The notes: generated by a model not told the origin, from the sequence alone. A DNA stretch of 64,000 nt from a bacterium (GCA_963643035.1 CAVIKO010000005.1:1170-65169), one strand, 5' to 3'; shown: positions 45,929 to 56,402, numbered from the stretch's first letter. Made by a program: numbers and translations.

Positions 45929-47878
45929 TCACACGCAGAATATCTCCGGCTCCGCGATTCCCTCCGGCATATCCGTTTCCAGATAGATCGTCCCGCGATC
46001 CTCCGGCAGAAGCGGCTGAAGTTTCAGTCGGAGTGCGCGCACTCCCCGCACATCGACATACCAGAGATCCCCATCGCAGAAGTGATCAGACAGGAGGTGC
46101 GGTGTATCGTCCATCCCATAGGCAGCGGCGACATTACCGCGCACGCGAATCGCTATGGTATCGACGTTCTCCGGAATAGACGCCGCGTACTCCACGGTAT
46201 GATCGGCAAGCGTAGAGCCGTCCAGCCGACGCAGGTGCGCAAACGCTTCAAAGGAGAGCGTGTTTTCCACCCGTGCGCAAGGCAGCTTTTCACCGAGGCG
46301 GATCGTCGGACGCGCGGAATCCTCCAGCACAAGCGTCACGCCGCCGCATTCACCCGTTTCCACAAGCGGCCGCACCGTACCGTCCGCAAAGCAGATCACG
46401 GGATCCACGCCGCGCAGCGGTACAAAGGCGATCCGGTTCTCCGCACACTCTACCGGCATGGCGGTCACATAGCGCACCGTTTCTCCGCCGATGCGCAGTC
46501 CAAACGGGAAGATCCCGCAGCCGTTCTCCGGCAGTGTAAGGGGAATCGTAATCGACTCCGATGCCGTTTGGACAACAAGCTCCGTATGCTTTTCCCCCAT
46601 GCTTCCCCCGTGGATGTGGTTATTATAAAAGACAAAACCTCTCTCCCCATCGGAGCGTACTGCGATCCGTGCCGTATCGGTATCCGCAGGATCGCGCGGC
46701 AACTCGTCCGGGAAGCAGGCGGGCATCACGGCAAGCTCTTCCCCATACGCCTCCAGAAACCGGTGGATCTCCCGCAGTCCGTAGTAGCTGTCCCGGATCT
46801 GACCGCAATCTCCCAACGGTGCCTGAAAATCATAGGACACGATCGGGCAATCGTTCGGGTATCCGGTGACACGGCTTTCCTGATACGTGACCAGATCGCC
46901 GTCCGCCGTGCGTTCCACGGGATTTACACCGCCGTGATACATATAGTACCCCAGTCCGTTCACGCCGGAGCCGAGATTGCAGACTGCAAGCGCGGTGATG
47001 TCCGTCTCATGGAAAAGCGGACGACGGTGGTATGTGTTCTGATTGCCGCCGCCAAGCTCACAGGTCAGGAGCGGATACCGGCAGCGGGAGTCCTCCTGCG
47101 CCGCGATCGTATTTCCAAGCAAATCCGCGCCGATCACGCCGTCCTCGCGCCGAGGGGAGAAAAAGTAGTTCACGTTTGGCTCCAGCGCGTGTGTATGTCC
47201 CTCCCACGGTGCCTCCGGATAGCCGCCGAACATGGGACAGAGCGAATCGGGCAGTCGTGCGCCGCCCCAGCCGGTTGCCGACCAGATCGGTGCGCGAAAA
47301 CCCATCTGCACCAGCATCTCCCGCAGTGCGGCAAGATAGGCACTGTTTCCGGTAAGTTCGTTCTCCACCTGGATTCCGATGATGCCATCGCATCCGGCAA
47401 GTTCCGCGTAAATGTGTGCATACAGCCGCCGCACATATGCCATGTACGTTGGATCCAGACTGCGCAGCGGAAGATTTTTCGCCACAAGCCAATCCGGGAA
47501 TCCGCCGTACCGCGCTTCTCCGTGCGCCCATGGCCCGATCCGCAGGAAGAACGGCAGTCCAAGCGAGGCGCAAAGCGAGGCAAAACGGCGTATATCGCAC
47601 CTGCCGGAAAAATCAAATACGCCCTCCTCTTTCTCGTGATGGTTCCAGAACACATACGACGCGACCACATCGATCCCGCCATCCTTCATCTTCCGCAGCT
47701 CCGTTTCCCAATCCGTCTCCGGCACACGGGAATAATGAAGTTCCCCCATCCGGTAGATATACGGCTTCCCGTCGCGCAAAATACAGTCACGGGTCACCGT
47801 GTACGTTCTGCCAAGCGCGGTTCCGGTCATTCCGGCCGATGTAAACGCCGGCTTATTCTGCTGCACCCGAACGATCAT
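45929..47878 (-). CDS. beta-galactosidase, glycoside hydrolase family 35
   Basis: GELHYSRVPETDWETELRKMKDGGIDVVASYVFWNHHEKEEGVFDFSG is the GH35 N-terminal signature. 649 aa. Confidence 0.85.
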   Translation of the reverse strand: MIVRVQQNKPAFTSAGMTGTALGRTYTVTRDCILRDGKPYIYRMGELHYSRVPETDWETELRKMKDGGIDVVASYVFWNHHEKEEGVFDFSGRCDIRRFASLCASLGLPFFLRIGPWAHGEARYGGFPDWLVAKNLPLRSLDPTYMAYVRRLYAHIYAELAGCDGIIGIQVENELTGNSAYLAALREMLVQMGFRAPIWSATGWGGARLPDSLCPMFGGYPEAPWEGHTHALEPNVNYFFSPRREDGVIGADLLGNTIAAQEDSRCRYPLLTCELGGGNQNTYHRRPLFHETDITALAVCNLGSGVNGLGYYMYHGGVNPVERTADGDLVTYQESRVTGYPNDCPIVSYDFQAPLGDCGQIRDSYYGLREIHRFLEAYGEELAVMPACFPDELPRDPADTDTARIAVRSDGERGFVFYNNHIHGGSMGEKHTELVVQTASESITIPLTLPENGCGIFPFGLRIGGETVRYVTAMPVECAENRIAFVPLRGVDPVICFADGTVRPLVETGECGGVTLVLEDSARPTIRLGEKLPCARVENTLSFEAFAHLRRLDGSTLADHTVEYAASIPENVDTIAIRVRGNVAAAYGMDDTPHLLSDHFCDGDLWYVDVRGVRALRLKLQPLLPEDRGTIYLETDMPEGIAEPEIFCV

Positions 47879-47894
47879 ACAGTTCTCTCCTCTC

Positions 47895-48356
47895 TCAAAT
47901 TAGTGCTTTGATCCCATAGGACAAAATCGACATGATGACTCCGGCGGAAATCACTCCGATAAAGATCGCGGGAATCGCGTGCTTCGCTTTCAGCCGGAAC
48001 ACGGCAGCGATGAGCGCACCCGTCCACGCACCGGTACCCGGCAGCGGAATCGCCACAAACATGAAGAGTCCAAGCGCAGCGTATTTTTCGAGAACGTCGC
48101 TTTTCGACAGTGCACGCGCTTCCAGTTTTTCCGCGATCTTTCTGAGAAATCCCTCGCGCGTTTTCATCCAGCCAAGGATTCCGCGGATAAAGAGTAAGAT
48201 GAACGGCACCGGCACCATATTGCCGAGAATCGCGGTAATCAGCACCGGCAATAACGGCAATCCGGAGGCAACACCATACGGCACCGCGCCGCGAAGCTCG
48301 ATCACCGGAACCATGGACATACCGAACACGATCAGATATTTGGCAAGTGTGGACAT
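47895..48356 (-). CDS. small membrane protein (COG2426-type, annotated as small multidrug export protein)
   Basis: MSTLAKYLIVFGMSMVPVIELRGAVPYG. Start uncertain: the ATG at 48356 vs the TTG at 48380 used by the track. Confidence 0.7.
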   Translation of the reverse strand: MSTLAKYLIVFGMSMVPVIELRGAVPYGVASGLPLLPVLITAILGNMVPVPFILLFIRGILGWMKTREGFLRKIAEKLEARALSKSDVLEKYAALGLFMFVAIPLPGTGAWTGALIAAVFRLKAKHAIPAIFIGVISAGVIMSILSYGIKALI

Positions 48357-48366
48357 AGAACGAAAT

Positions 48367-49407
48367 TCATACCCTTTCAAAGCATTTGTTTTCTGTGAGA
48401 ACGCGCGTCAGATTGTCGGCGATCTCCCGCACGCCCGCGACATTCGGATGCACGAAATCTCCCGACAGTCCGCGTAGCCCGGAAAGCATCGTTCTGCCGT
48501 CGATATGGTACAGCTGCGGATACGCACAGGCGCGTTTTTCACAAGCTTTTCGCACGATCTCGCGGAAGGCGGCTGTCTTCGTATCCCCCGAAAAATCACC
48601 CAAATGATAGAAAATATCGATCACAAAGATCTTTTTGCCGGGATTTTTCCGCAGTATCGTGTCGAGGAGATAGTCCACACGCGCGGTAAATTCCTCCGCA
48701 GGCAATCCCAGTGCGTTTATCCCCAACTCCAAGATCGCGAAATCCCAGGTGCGCGGGTTTCTCTCACTACCCTGCTCGGCAATATAATCAGTGACCGCAC
48801 GCTCCAGGAGACAGGAACCCGCGAACCCGAAGCTGTAGAAATCCGCGTCCAGCCGTGCGCCGATCTGTGCGAGATATGTGAGATTGGCGGAGCAGGCAAG
48901 ACTGCCGTGTGTGATCGAGGAGCCATACATCAGGAAGCGCTTTTCCGGCACCTCGGATAGTTCCGGCGGCCGGACGTCTCCCTGCGCATCCATGAGGATG
49001 AGCTGCGCGGAATCGAAGGTCAGCCGGAGCACACACGGATCGTAAGCGTATCCGGCAGCATCGCTGATCCTCCGGAGCATGGCGGAATTTGGGTGATTCT
49101 CCAGCGTGATCGTCGTCGGTTCATAGCCGATCGTATAAGAAAGCGTCTGCCAGCCGGACTGCACACCCCCGAAATAGAGGATCGCGGTCGTATACGCGCC
49201 GGGCGTATCCATGCGCAGCGTGATTTTCGCGTTCCCAGATTGGAGGACGAAGCGGAACTCGCACCCGGCTGTGTTGCACGCCATCCGCTGCCCCTGGTCG
49301 CTCATCGCCGCGCGCACATCCGCCGGGACACGGGACATCCGCCAGCCGCCGTCCGGATGCGGCAGGAGCGCAGCTACATTGTAGAGCTCAAAGCCGTTAT
49401 AGAACAT
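48367..49407 (-). CDS. SGNH/GDSL-family hydrolase (carbohydrate esterase-like)
   Basis: FLMYGSSITHGS block I. GDFVHPN block V. N-terminal beta-sandwich-like extension. Confidence 0.75.
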   Translation of the reverse strand: MFYNGFELYNVAALLPHPDGGWRMSRVPADVRAAMSDQGQRMACNTAGCEFRFVLQSGNAKITLRMDTPGAYTTAILYFGGVQSGWQTLSYTIGYEPTTITLENHPNSAMLRRISDAAGYAYDPCVLRLTFDSAQLILMDAQGDVRPPELSEVPEKRFLMYGSSITHGSLACSANLTYLAQIGARLDADFYSFGFAGSCLLERAVTDYIAEQGSERNPRTWDFAILELGINALGLPAEEFTARVDYLLDTILRKNPGKKIFVIDIFYHLGDFSGDTKTAAFREIVRKACEKRACAYPQLYHIDGRTMLSGLRGLSGDFVHPNVAGVREIADNLTRVLTENKCFERV

Positions 49408-49413
49408 ATCTCT

Positions 49414-50601
49414 TTACCTTTCTGTTTCCGGCACGGTGGTGTTCTCCGCCGCGGAATCGAGCCACAGGGAGTGGATGGAGCCGTTTCGTACAAAGGTATC
49501 CGTTTTCTCACGCAGCTGCACCGTCTCCACGCCCTCGTCCATTCGGCAAACCACCGCGGTATCCGTCAGATTGCGGATCGAGATGGACGGCTTTTCCGGG
49601 ATTTTGTCCCGTTCTGTGTGGCGAACAAATCCGTCGACACGGACGTTTTTCGGGATCGATTCGCACACAATCAGTCCCCTCTCGGCGGATTCCATCGTTG
49701 TCCAGACGTGCATATTGCGTACTATGATATCGTCAAGCAGTCCCGCGCCGCGCGGATATTCCGACTCTGTGACAAGCGGTGTACGGCAATAGCGCGCACC
49801 GTCGATGTTGACAGCGAAATGGCGGCACCCGGTGTACACATTCTCAATGGTGATCCGACGGATCGGAGAGGTCACGCTGAGCAGGCGGAACGCCGTATAG
49901 CAGTCTTCAGCAAAGACATTGCGGATCACCACATCCTCAATCGGGCCGCGGCAGAGATCGAAATTTTCCAGCCGTGCCAAGGAATCGTCGGCGTTTAAGG
50001 CAATGAGATCGTCGTTGGTCTGTCCCGGAGATGCGGTGACATTCTCGATCAGACCGTCGTACACATGGCCGCCGAAATGGAGCCCGTCCTGATTGAACGC
50101 CAGCTTTTCGGAAGAGAAGCGGATATTCCGGATCGTAAAGTGGCGCAGTCTTGCCATGCGGATATAGTATACCGTGGAATTGCGCATGTCGAGTCCGGAC
50201 AGGGTCAGATTCTCCACGTTGCAGAAGTTCAATGTCGCGCCGGACCACGCATCCGATGCGAACAGGTCGGCAGGTTTGTTGTTGTTCTTTCCATCGTAGT
50301 TGCCGTCCCAGATACCGCCGGTCACGGTAATGTTGCGGTTGCCGGATTCCGTATCGGCGTTTGTCAGGAGGAAATCGCCGCGCTTTTTCGGTTTCCGTTC
50401 GCATAGAAACAGCCGCGCCATACCGTCGCAAAGGATGTGGGTATCGGAATGCACGCGCAGGGTCTCACCGATGCGGTATTCTCCGGCGGGAATATACACG
50501 ATAGCGGCGCCGGAATCAAGGGCTGCCTGTATCGCCGGTGCATCGTTGTGTTCCCCGTCCCCGGTCGCACCGGTATCGCGGACATGGATAATGCGGTTCA
50601 T
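49414..50601 (-). CDS. right-handed beta-helix protein (pectate-lyase-superfamily / GH28-related)
   Basis: IHVRDTGATGDGEHNDAPAIQAALDSG N-terminus is typical of Pectate_lyase_3-type proteins. Repetitive beta-helix turns. Confidence 0.7.
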   Translation of the reverse strand: MNRIIHVRDTGATGDGEHNDAPAIQAALDSGAAIVYIPAGEYRIGETLRVHSDTHILCDGMARLFLCERKPKKRGDFLLTNADTESGNRNITVTGGIWDGNYDGKNNNKPADLFASDAWSGATLNFCNVENLTLSGLDMRNSTVYYIRMARLRHFTIRNIRFSSEKLAFNQDGLHFGGHVYDGLIENVTASPGQTNDDLIALNADDSLARLENFDLCRGPIEDVVIRNVFAEDCYTAFRLLSVTSPIRRITIENVYTGCRHFAVNIDGARYCRTPLVTESEYPRGAGLLDDIIVRNMHVWTTMESAERGLIVCESIPKNVRVDGFVRHTERDKIPEKPSISIRNLTDTAVVCRMDEGVETVQLREKTDTFVRNGSIHSLWLDSAAENTTVPETER

Positions 50602-50770
50602 ACTGATCCTTTCCGCGGAGGGATCCCGTACGGGAAGTTCTCCGCACTTACCTGTTCATTACAGATGTCTGCACGGAAAAAGCCGCCTTTCTCCATCGCT
50701 GCCTCCGAAAGAGAGTGGTGCATGGATCGTGCGGCTTTCTCTGTTATTTGTGTATCGTGTTGTCCGAAAC

Positions 50771-52228
50771 TTACGCGTTGATGGAATAGATCACGTCTGC
50801 GTTCGTCTGGATCGAGCTGGAATTTTCCTCCAGCATTGCCGTGTACGCATCGCTGCGCAGGGCTTCATCGGCGTCGCATACCCAGCTCGGTTGGCCCTCT
50901 CCGACGTAATACATAATGTGATAGCCGTAGGTCGTCTCGACGATACCGTGATCGCCCGGCTGCCGCGCGCCGTCAAAGAGCCAGTCGTTGAATTCCGTGA
51001 TCATTTCACCGGGAGATACATTTTCGTAAAGTCCCCCTGTCGTCGTGGAGCCGGTATCGGTGCTGTATTCGGTGACGAGCGATTCAAAGGTATCGAGCGA
51101 AAAGTCTGCATCCTCCCACGTCTTATACACCTCATCTGCCGTTGCCTGTGCGTCATCATACGCATCGGTGCCGATGAGGATGTGGCGCACGGATCTGGTC
51201 GCCGTCTCGTCCCGGTACGCGCTCTTCACGAGGAAGTAGACGGAGTAGGACGTGCCGCCGCTTTCGGTGATGATCGTGGTGTCGCCCGGATTGGCGGAGA
51301 ACGCCCAATCGCTGGCTTCATTTCCATCGGTGGCGGTCAGATGGGTGACACCGCAGTTGGAGGCAAGATCCGCCGCATCTGCTTCGCTGTAGCCGAGATT
51401 GTTCACGGCGTAGGCGGCGATAGCGGCTTCAAAATCCTCGGCGGTCGCAGCGGCTGCGATGGTGGCTGCCGCCTCCTCTGCCTTTGCCGCCGCATCGGAT
51501 ACGCTGCCTGTCGGATTGCCGTCCGCGTCCTTTTCGATCAGATCGTTCTGCTTGATCGTGTAGGTGATGAGATCCACGCCGTCGTAGGTAGTTTTGTTTT
51601 CCTCATAATAGGCTTCATAATCCGCCGTGGTATAGGATAGCTCCCCGTTGAATTTGGCGGAATACTTGGCAGCGAGAGCGGTCAGGTTCAGGCAGTCGCG
51701 CACATCTTGCTCTTCGACATTCCCGCCGAACACCGTCATCAGGTAGGTCTGGAGCGTATACCCCGCGGCCTGCGCGTTTTCCGACAGCGCGGTAATGCTT
51801 GCGTCAATGGTCGCCTGATCGTCCGCGTCCACAGTCATGCCCGCGGTGTTCGCGGCTTCGCAGAGGGCGAGGATCTCCTGCACGTAATTCGCGGACATCG
51901 CCGCCATATAGTCAAACCAGGTAGCCTCATCGGAGTAGGTCTGGGATTTCAGCGAGGTCGAGGTGTCCAGTCCGTAATAGGTGGAGAGAATGCTTGCGTA
52001 GGACTGATAGGTGCTGTAGAAGAAGTAGGTCATCATCGCGCCGTTGACCTCGTAATGCTCGCTGGAGAGCGCGACTGTGTTTCTCATCGAGGTGTTCGAG
52101 GTCGAGGTGTTCGCGTAAATCGCCAGTCCTATGACTACAGCGGCAATGACGACGACTGCGGCAATGATGAGAATCGTGTTCCGCCGGGTCTTTTTCGGAT
52201 CCGCGGATACTTTTGCGTTTTCGTTCAT
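50771..52228 (-). CDS. membrane-anchored PrsA/SurA-like peptidyl-prolyl isomerase (C-terminal parvulin domain)
   Basis: ATG at 52228 (MNENAKVSADPKKTRRNTILIIAAVVVIAAVVIGLAIY, TM anchor). C-terminal VRHILI...GGLYENVSPGEMITEF...YGYHIMY. Confidence 0.8.
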   Translation of the reverse strand: MNENAKVSADPKKTRRNTILIIAAVVVIAAVVIGLAIYANTSTSNTSMRNTVALSSEHYEVNGAMMTYFFYSTYQSYASILSTYYGLDTSTSLKSQTYSDEATWFDYMAAMSANYVQEILALCEAANTAGMTVDADDQATIDASITALSENAQAAGYTLQTYLMTVFGGNVEEQDVRDCLNLTALAAKYSAKFNGELSYTTADYEAYYEENKTTYDGVDLITYTIKQNDLIEKDADGNPTGSVSDAAAKAEEAAATIAAAATAEDFEAAIAAYAVNNLGYSEADAADLASNCGVTHLTATDGNEASDWAFSANPGDTTIITESGGTSYSVYFLVKSAYRDETATRSVRHILIGTDAYDDAQATADEVYKTWEDADFSLDTFESLVTEYSTDTGSTTTGGLYENVSPGEMITEFNDWLFDGARQPGDHGIVETTYGYHIMYYVGEGQPSWVCDADEALRSDAYTAMLEENSSSIQTNADVIYSINA

Positions 52229-52476
52229 GGAAAAATCGGTTGCTCCTTTCGATGGATCCTCCCTTTTACAGAGGAGGCACACTGTCAATATTATACCATA
52301 CTTTCCGGAGCAATGCAATTCCTTCCCCGGTTTTTCTGTGGCTTTTCGCGGAAAGTTTTGTGTCGGGCAGGTGAAAACCGCGAAAACCGTCCCTTTTCCC
52401 CACACGCTCCGCCGTCTACGGGATGGAAACGATCGCTCGGCGATGCTAGCACCGCACGGCATTGTTTTTTTGTTTT

Positions 52477-52505
52477 TTGTCAGATTTTATGCAAGAAACT
52501 ATGAT
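52477..52505 (+). promoter_or_regulatory. upstream sigma-70-like promoter (TTGTCA-17 nt-TATGAT)
   Basis: Read directly. A hairpin plus T-run follows within about 20 nt. Confidence 0.4.
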
Positions 52506-52521
52506 CTTGACTAACCCCCAT

Positions 52522-52557
52522 CCCCCGTATCACCCGATACGGGGGATTCCCCTTTTT
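52522..52557 (+). terminator. GC-rich hairpin plus T-run (attenuator or end of a very short transcript)
   Basis: CCCCCGTATC-ACCC-GATACGGGGG then ATTCCCCTTTTT. Confidence 0.4.
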
Positions 52558-52580
52558 CCCGCAAATTTTCCCCATCCCCC

Positions 52581-52609
52581 TTTACAACCGCCCCGTTTCA
52601 TGCTATACT
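52581..52609 (+). promoter_or_regulatory. proximal promoter of the DUF362 gene
   Basis: TTTACA-17 nt-TATACT with TG extension. Confidence 0.55.
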
Positions 52610-52641
52610 ATCCTCAACTACATCACATAGGAGGCTACAGT

Positions 52642-53526
52642 ATGTCCAAATCTACCGTATATTTCACAAGCTCCCTTACGCCGGAATCCGTTGTTTCTCT
52701 GTACCGGCATCTGGGGATTGCGCTGCCCGGACGCGTGGCGGTGAAGGTACACTCCGGCGAAGAGGGCAACCAGAACTATCTGCACCCGGCGTTTCTAAAA
52801 CCGATGGTGGACGCGGTATCCGGCACCGTGGTCGAGTGCAACACGGCATACGGCGGTGCGCGCAACACGACGGAGAAGCACCGGGAACTGCTGAAGAACC
52901 ACGGCTGGTCGGAGATATTCCCGGTCGATCTGCTGGACGCAGAGGGGCCGGATGCGGTACTGCCGGTGAAAAACGGCAAGGTACTGCATGAAAACTATGT
53001 CGGCAAAAATCTCCTCACCTACGATTCCCTGCTCGTGCTGTCCCACTTCAAGGGGCATCCGATGGGCGGCTACGGCGGCGCGCTGAAGCAGCTGTCGATC
53101 GGCTGCGCTTCCTCGGACGGCAAGGCGTGGATCCACTCCGGCGGCACCTGGAAAACGCAGGACGGACTCTGGAGCAACACGTGCGAGCAGGACACGTTCC
53201 TTGCGTCTATGGCGGACGCGGCAAGCTCCGTCACCGATCTCTTCGCGGGTAAGGCAGCGTATATCAACATCGTGTGCAATCTCTCCGTGGACTGCGACTG
53301 CTGTGCCATTGCGGAGGATCCCTGCATGCACGACATCGGCATTCTCGCCTCGACCGATCCGGTTGCCCTCGACCGCGCCTGCCTCGATCTCATTGAGCAT
53401 TCTGACGATCCGGGGCGCGACCACTTCCTGGAACGCGTGAACTCCCGCCACGGTCAGCTCACAATCGGTTTTGCCGCCGACTTAGGGGTTGGGTCAGTGG
53501 AGTACGATTTGGTAAACGTGGACTGA
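52642..53526 (+). CDS. DUF362-domain protein
   Basis: ATG at 52642 with SD TAGGAGG. MSKSTVYFTS...VAVKVHSGEEGNQNYL is typical of DUF362 N-termini. Confidence 0.7.
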   Translation: MSKSTVYFTSSLTPESVVSLYRHLGIALPGRVAVKVHSGEEGNQNYLHPAFLKPMVDAVSGTVVECNTAYGGARNTTEKHRELLKNHGWSEIFPVDLLDAEGPDAVLPVKNGKVLHENYVGKNLLTYDSLLVLSHFKGHPMGGYGGALKQLSIGCASSDGKAWIHSGGTWKTQDGLWSNTCEQDTFLASMADAASSVTDLFAGKAAYINIVCNLSVDCDCCAIAEDPCMHDIGILASTDPVALDRACLDLIEHSDDPGRDHFLERVNSRHGQLTIGFAADLGVGSVEYDLVNVD

Positions 53527-53631
53527 TTGGATAAAGGAACGCGGGGATACACGGCTTTCTAAATCACGCCTTGCAAGGACTTTTATGGGGATGGCTTGTC
53601 GCTTGGCACTGCTCATTCCTCATTTCTTACA

Positions 53632-53671
53632 GAAAAAAAGCGTCTCTCTTTTTGGATGAGACGCTTTTTTC
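53632..53671. terminator. bidirectional intrinsic terminator
   Basis: AAAAAAAGCGTCTC-N11-GAGACGCTTTTTT. Confidence 0.8.
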
Positions 53672-53673
53672 TG

Positions 53674-54405
53674 TTAAAACTGTATATCTGCCCAGACGGG
53701 GAGGTGATCGCTTGCGGAGCCCGGACCGATACCATGACGGCGAAGGGCCACCCTATCGTTTAAGAAGATATAATCGATACGGATACGGGGGGCATCGGCG
53801 GGGAAGGTACATTTACGGAAGTCGCCAACAGAGCGATAATCCCGCCGCAGCCGCCAGAGGATCCCCTCATCGGGTGTAGAATTGAAATCGCCGAGCAGGA
53901 CGGTGGGATTTTTCTCCGTTTCCAACAGCTTCCGGCAGAGCGCGGCGGCGTTTTCTCTTTCGGGGAGGGACAGACCGAAGTGGGTAGCGAGGACGGTCAG
54001 ATGCTTATCTCCCGCGAAATCGAACGTACAGCGCAGTACGGAGCGGCTCTCCACACCATCCGGTACTCTGCCGTCCACAACGGGATCCGGGATCGGAATC
54101 ACCTCGGAGGACGCGATCGGATAGCGCGACACCAATCCGTTGCCGTAGGGTTCCGTGCCGTTCACATAAATCGACCTTCCGAACACATGATGGAACCCGA
54201 GATTGCCGCCGATCGCGTCCGCCTGCGCCGTATATTCCGGCGTCAAACCCGCGCCGCGCACCTCGTTCAATCCGCAGATATCCGCTCCCACCTCTCGGAT
54301 CGTCCCGGCCGTTTTGGCAAGATCGATTACTGCCCGCTTTTCCGTCCGCCAAAGCAAATAATCCATCCCGTGGAGAATATTATATGTCATAATGCGAAGT
54401 TCCAT
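53674..54405 (-). CDS. endonuclease/exonuclease/phosphatase (EEP) family protein
   Basis: LRIMTYNILHG start. GDFNS. C-terminal SDHLPV. 243 aa. Confidence 0.85.
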   Translation of the reverse strand: MELRIMTYNILHGMDYLLWRTEKRAVIDLAKTAGTIREVGADICGLNEVRGAGLTPEYTAQADAIGGNLGFHHVFGRSIYVNGTEPYGNGLVSRYPIASSEVIPIPDPVVDGRVPDGVESRSVLRCTFDFAGDKHLTVLATHFGLSLPERENAAALCRKLLETEKNPTVLLGDFNSTPDEGILWRLRRDYRSVGDFRKCTFPADAPRIRIDYIFLNDRVALRRHGIGPGSASDHLPVWADIQF

Positions 54406-54521
54406 ACAAAAATCATCCTTTCCATAGCTCCATAGCGATTATGGATTTTTCGCGAGGGATGCAATGCCCCCTCCTTTGTATGCATGGGTTCAAGCCGCGT
54501 TTTTCCCGCTTTCCCACGGCA

Positions 54522-56402
54522 TTACAGTGTAATCAAAGCAGTCTCCCCGTAGGAGCAGACTGCCAATATTGTACCGGCAGAGGTGGAGACGGTGCATTTG
54601 CCAGCGCGGCAATCGATGGAAAATACGCCGCCGTGCGCGTGGATATTCCTCAAGGTCAGATGATCAAGTGCGGCGGGAAGGTGCGGTGTGATCGTAAAGC
54701 TGCGGAATCCGGCAGGCTCCAGGCCGAGCATCCCCTCGACCACGATTTTGCAATACAATGCCGACTCGCCCGACAAATGGCGTCTGCCCCCCTCCGGATA
54801 TGCCTCCACCGGATACGGTACCCGTTCGCCGAGCAGGCGATTCTCACTGTACGCCCGCAGCACCCGATACGCCTCGTCTGTACGTCCCGCTGCGAACAAT
54901 CCGCGCAGGGCGTAGAGCGTGGAACGATCCCAGATCGTCTCGCTCGTCTCCGCGGTCAGCATTCCGTCGCCACGCAGCAGATACTGCGATGTCAACGCCG
55001 CTGCTGTACCATCCGCCCGATCCAGAATCCGCATACAGAGCGGCATACAGATCCACGAACGAAGCTCCGCAAGCCCCTCGTGGTAGCGGTACGTGTCCAT
55101 CCCGTGAATCTCCGCGCCGAATACCCGCTCAATCGCGTCGTGCAGCGCCGTCGCTTCTGTACGGCACTGCTCCGCCGTCGCGGTATCGCCCAGCTCCGCC
55201 GCCAAAATTGCGCAGTAAATCAGCCCGCTGTGGCAGAGGCACGACGTGTTCAGATTCGTCGCCCCGTGCGAGAACCGTCCTTCCAACTCATCCGCATCCG
55301 ACGCGATCACGCCGTCCGCTGTCTTTTGGCGCATACAGTACCTGAGACACCAAAGGATCGCCGGGTAATACGCCCGCGCCGCGTCCGGATCGCCGCAGGT
55401 CAGGAAGAATCGGCTGGCACCGTAGAGGTACATCGCGGCATCCCCGCGGTCGCCGGCACCGTTCCAGTAATCCAGACCCTCCGCGATTACGGACGAGGGG
55501 ATCGGCATATAGCTCTCGCTCATGAACGGGATATACATCCGGTATGCATTGCGGCTTGCTTCAAGGAGCGCGTCATCCCCGGTATAGGCGAAATACGGGC
55601 CTGCGTACTCAACCTGATCATTGCACCATGTCGCCGCGTAATAGCTGTAGCCGCCGGGAGAGTGGAGCTTGCCGTACCGCGTATCGAACACGGATTCGCC
55701 TGCACGCAGCTTTGAGAACGTGAACAATGCGTCCAGCACCGCGTCTCCCGTATCGATTGTCATGGGGGATGTCAGTGTGCGGATCCGCTCCCGCCTTTTT
55801 TCCAGCTCCGCGTCGGCATGGAGAGACGGCGTTTTCTCGTTCGCGATTCTGCCGGAGAACTGCACAATGATCCGGAGCATATCCCCCGGCGCTATTGTAC
55901 GGCTGCCCGGAAAATCGTGGGTGATCTCGGCGACGTTCACGCCCATCGGACCCATGACCTCAGCGACAACACGCGACTGCGGAGTATCGGTGGTGATGGT
56001 GACGGGCTGTGCGCCGCCGTTTTCGATCCGGATCTCCTCTAAGGAAGCGCGCGCCGCCGCAGCCGGGAAGCATGTGCGGCAGACGATCAGTTCTCCCGCA
56101 CGGGAGGCGATATGCAACACACCATCGATACGGAATTCCGTCGGACGTTCCCGCAGCTTTTCACCGTCACAGTACAGCACAATCCCTTCCGGCATATCCA
56201 TCTGCCACGAACCGTGCGTGTTGTTCGGGTGGATCCGCAGCGTAGGGAACACGGGATGGTGGAGCAGGACAAGCGTTCCGTCCTCCGCCGCGCCGTACTT
56301 CACGGTATCCGAGCATCCAAAGCCCGCCATCTCCAAATCATCGGTATGGCAGTCTTCCGGAATCCATGCTATTGTCTGCTGATTTTGCAGGGTCCATCTC
56401 AT
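54522..56402 (-). CDS. six-hairpin (alpha/alpha)6 glycosidase-like protein (GDE_C/GH63-like)
   Basis: Long protein-like ORF. ATG at 56402 with SD GAAAGGA is preferred over the track start 56438. Family call by eye only, from the helical Trp/Tyr-rich C-terminal two thirds. Confidence 0.55.
   Translation of the reverse strand: MRWTLQNQQTIAWIPEDCHTDDLEMAGFGCSDTVKYGAAEDGTLVLLHHPVFPTLRIHPNNTHGSWQMDMPEGIVLYCDGEKLRERPTEFRIDGVLHIASRAGELIVCRTCFPAAAARASLEEIRIENGGAQPVTITTDTPQSRVVAEVMGPMGVNVAEITHDFPGSRTIAPGDMLRIIVQFSGRIANEKTPSLHADAELEKRRERIRTLTSPMTIDTGDAVLDALFTFSKLRAGESVFDTRYGKLHSPGGYSYYAATWCNDQVEYAGPYFAYTGDDALLEASRNAYRMYIPFMSESYMPIPSSVIAEGLDYWNGAGDRGDAAMYLYGASRFFLTCGDPDAARAYYPAILWCLRYCMRQKTADGVIASDADELEGRFSHGATNLNTSCLCHSGLIYCAILAAELGDTATAEQCRTEATALHDAIERVFGAEIHGMDTYRYHEGLAELRSWICMPLCMRILDRADGTAAALTSQYLLRGDGMLTAETSETIWDRSTLYALRGLFAAGRTDEAYRVLRAYSENRLLGERVPYPVEAYPEGGRRHLSGESALYCKIVVEGMLGLEPAGFRSFTITPHLPAALDHLTLRNIHAHGGVFSIDCRAGKCTVSTSAGTILAVCSYGETALITL

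Noticed and set aside
45926-47911. 661-aa plus-strand ORF antisense to the GH35 gene
   Set aside because: Arg/His/Pro-rich nonsense composition. The opposite strand encodes a protein with clear GH35 motifs. Similar shadows lie at 54441-55715, 56454-57950, 60561-62033 and 62091-63026.
45929-56402. GH35 / SGNH esterase / beta-helix / EEP / six-hairpin gene group as a novel system
   Set aside because: It looks like an ordinary set of glycan-degradation genes for a gut-type Clostridium. The genes are in several transcription units with standard promoters and terminators, and nothing is structurally unusual.
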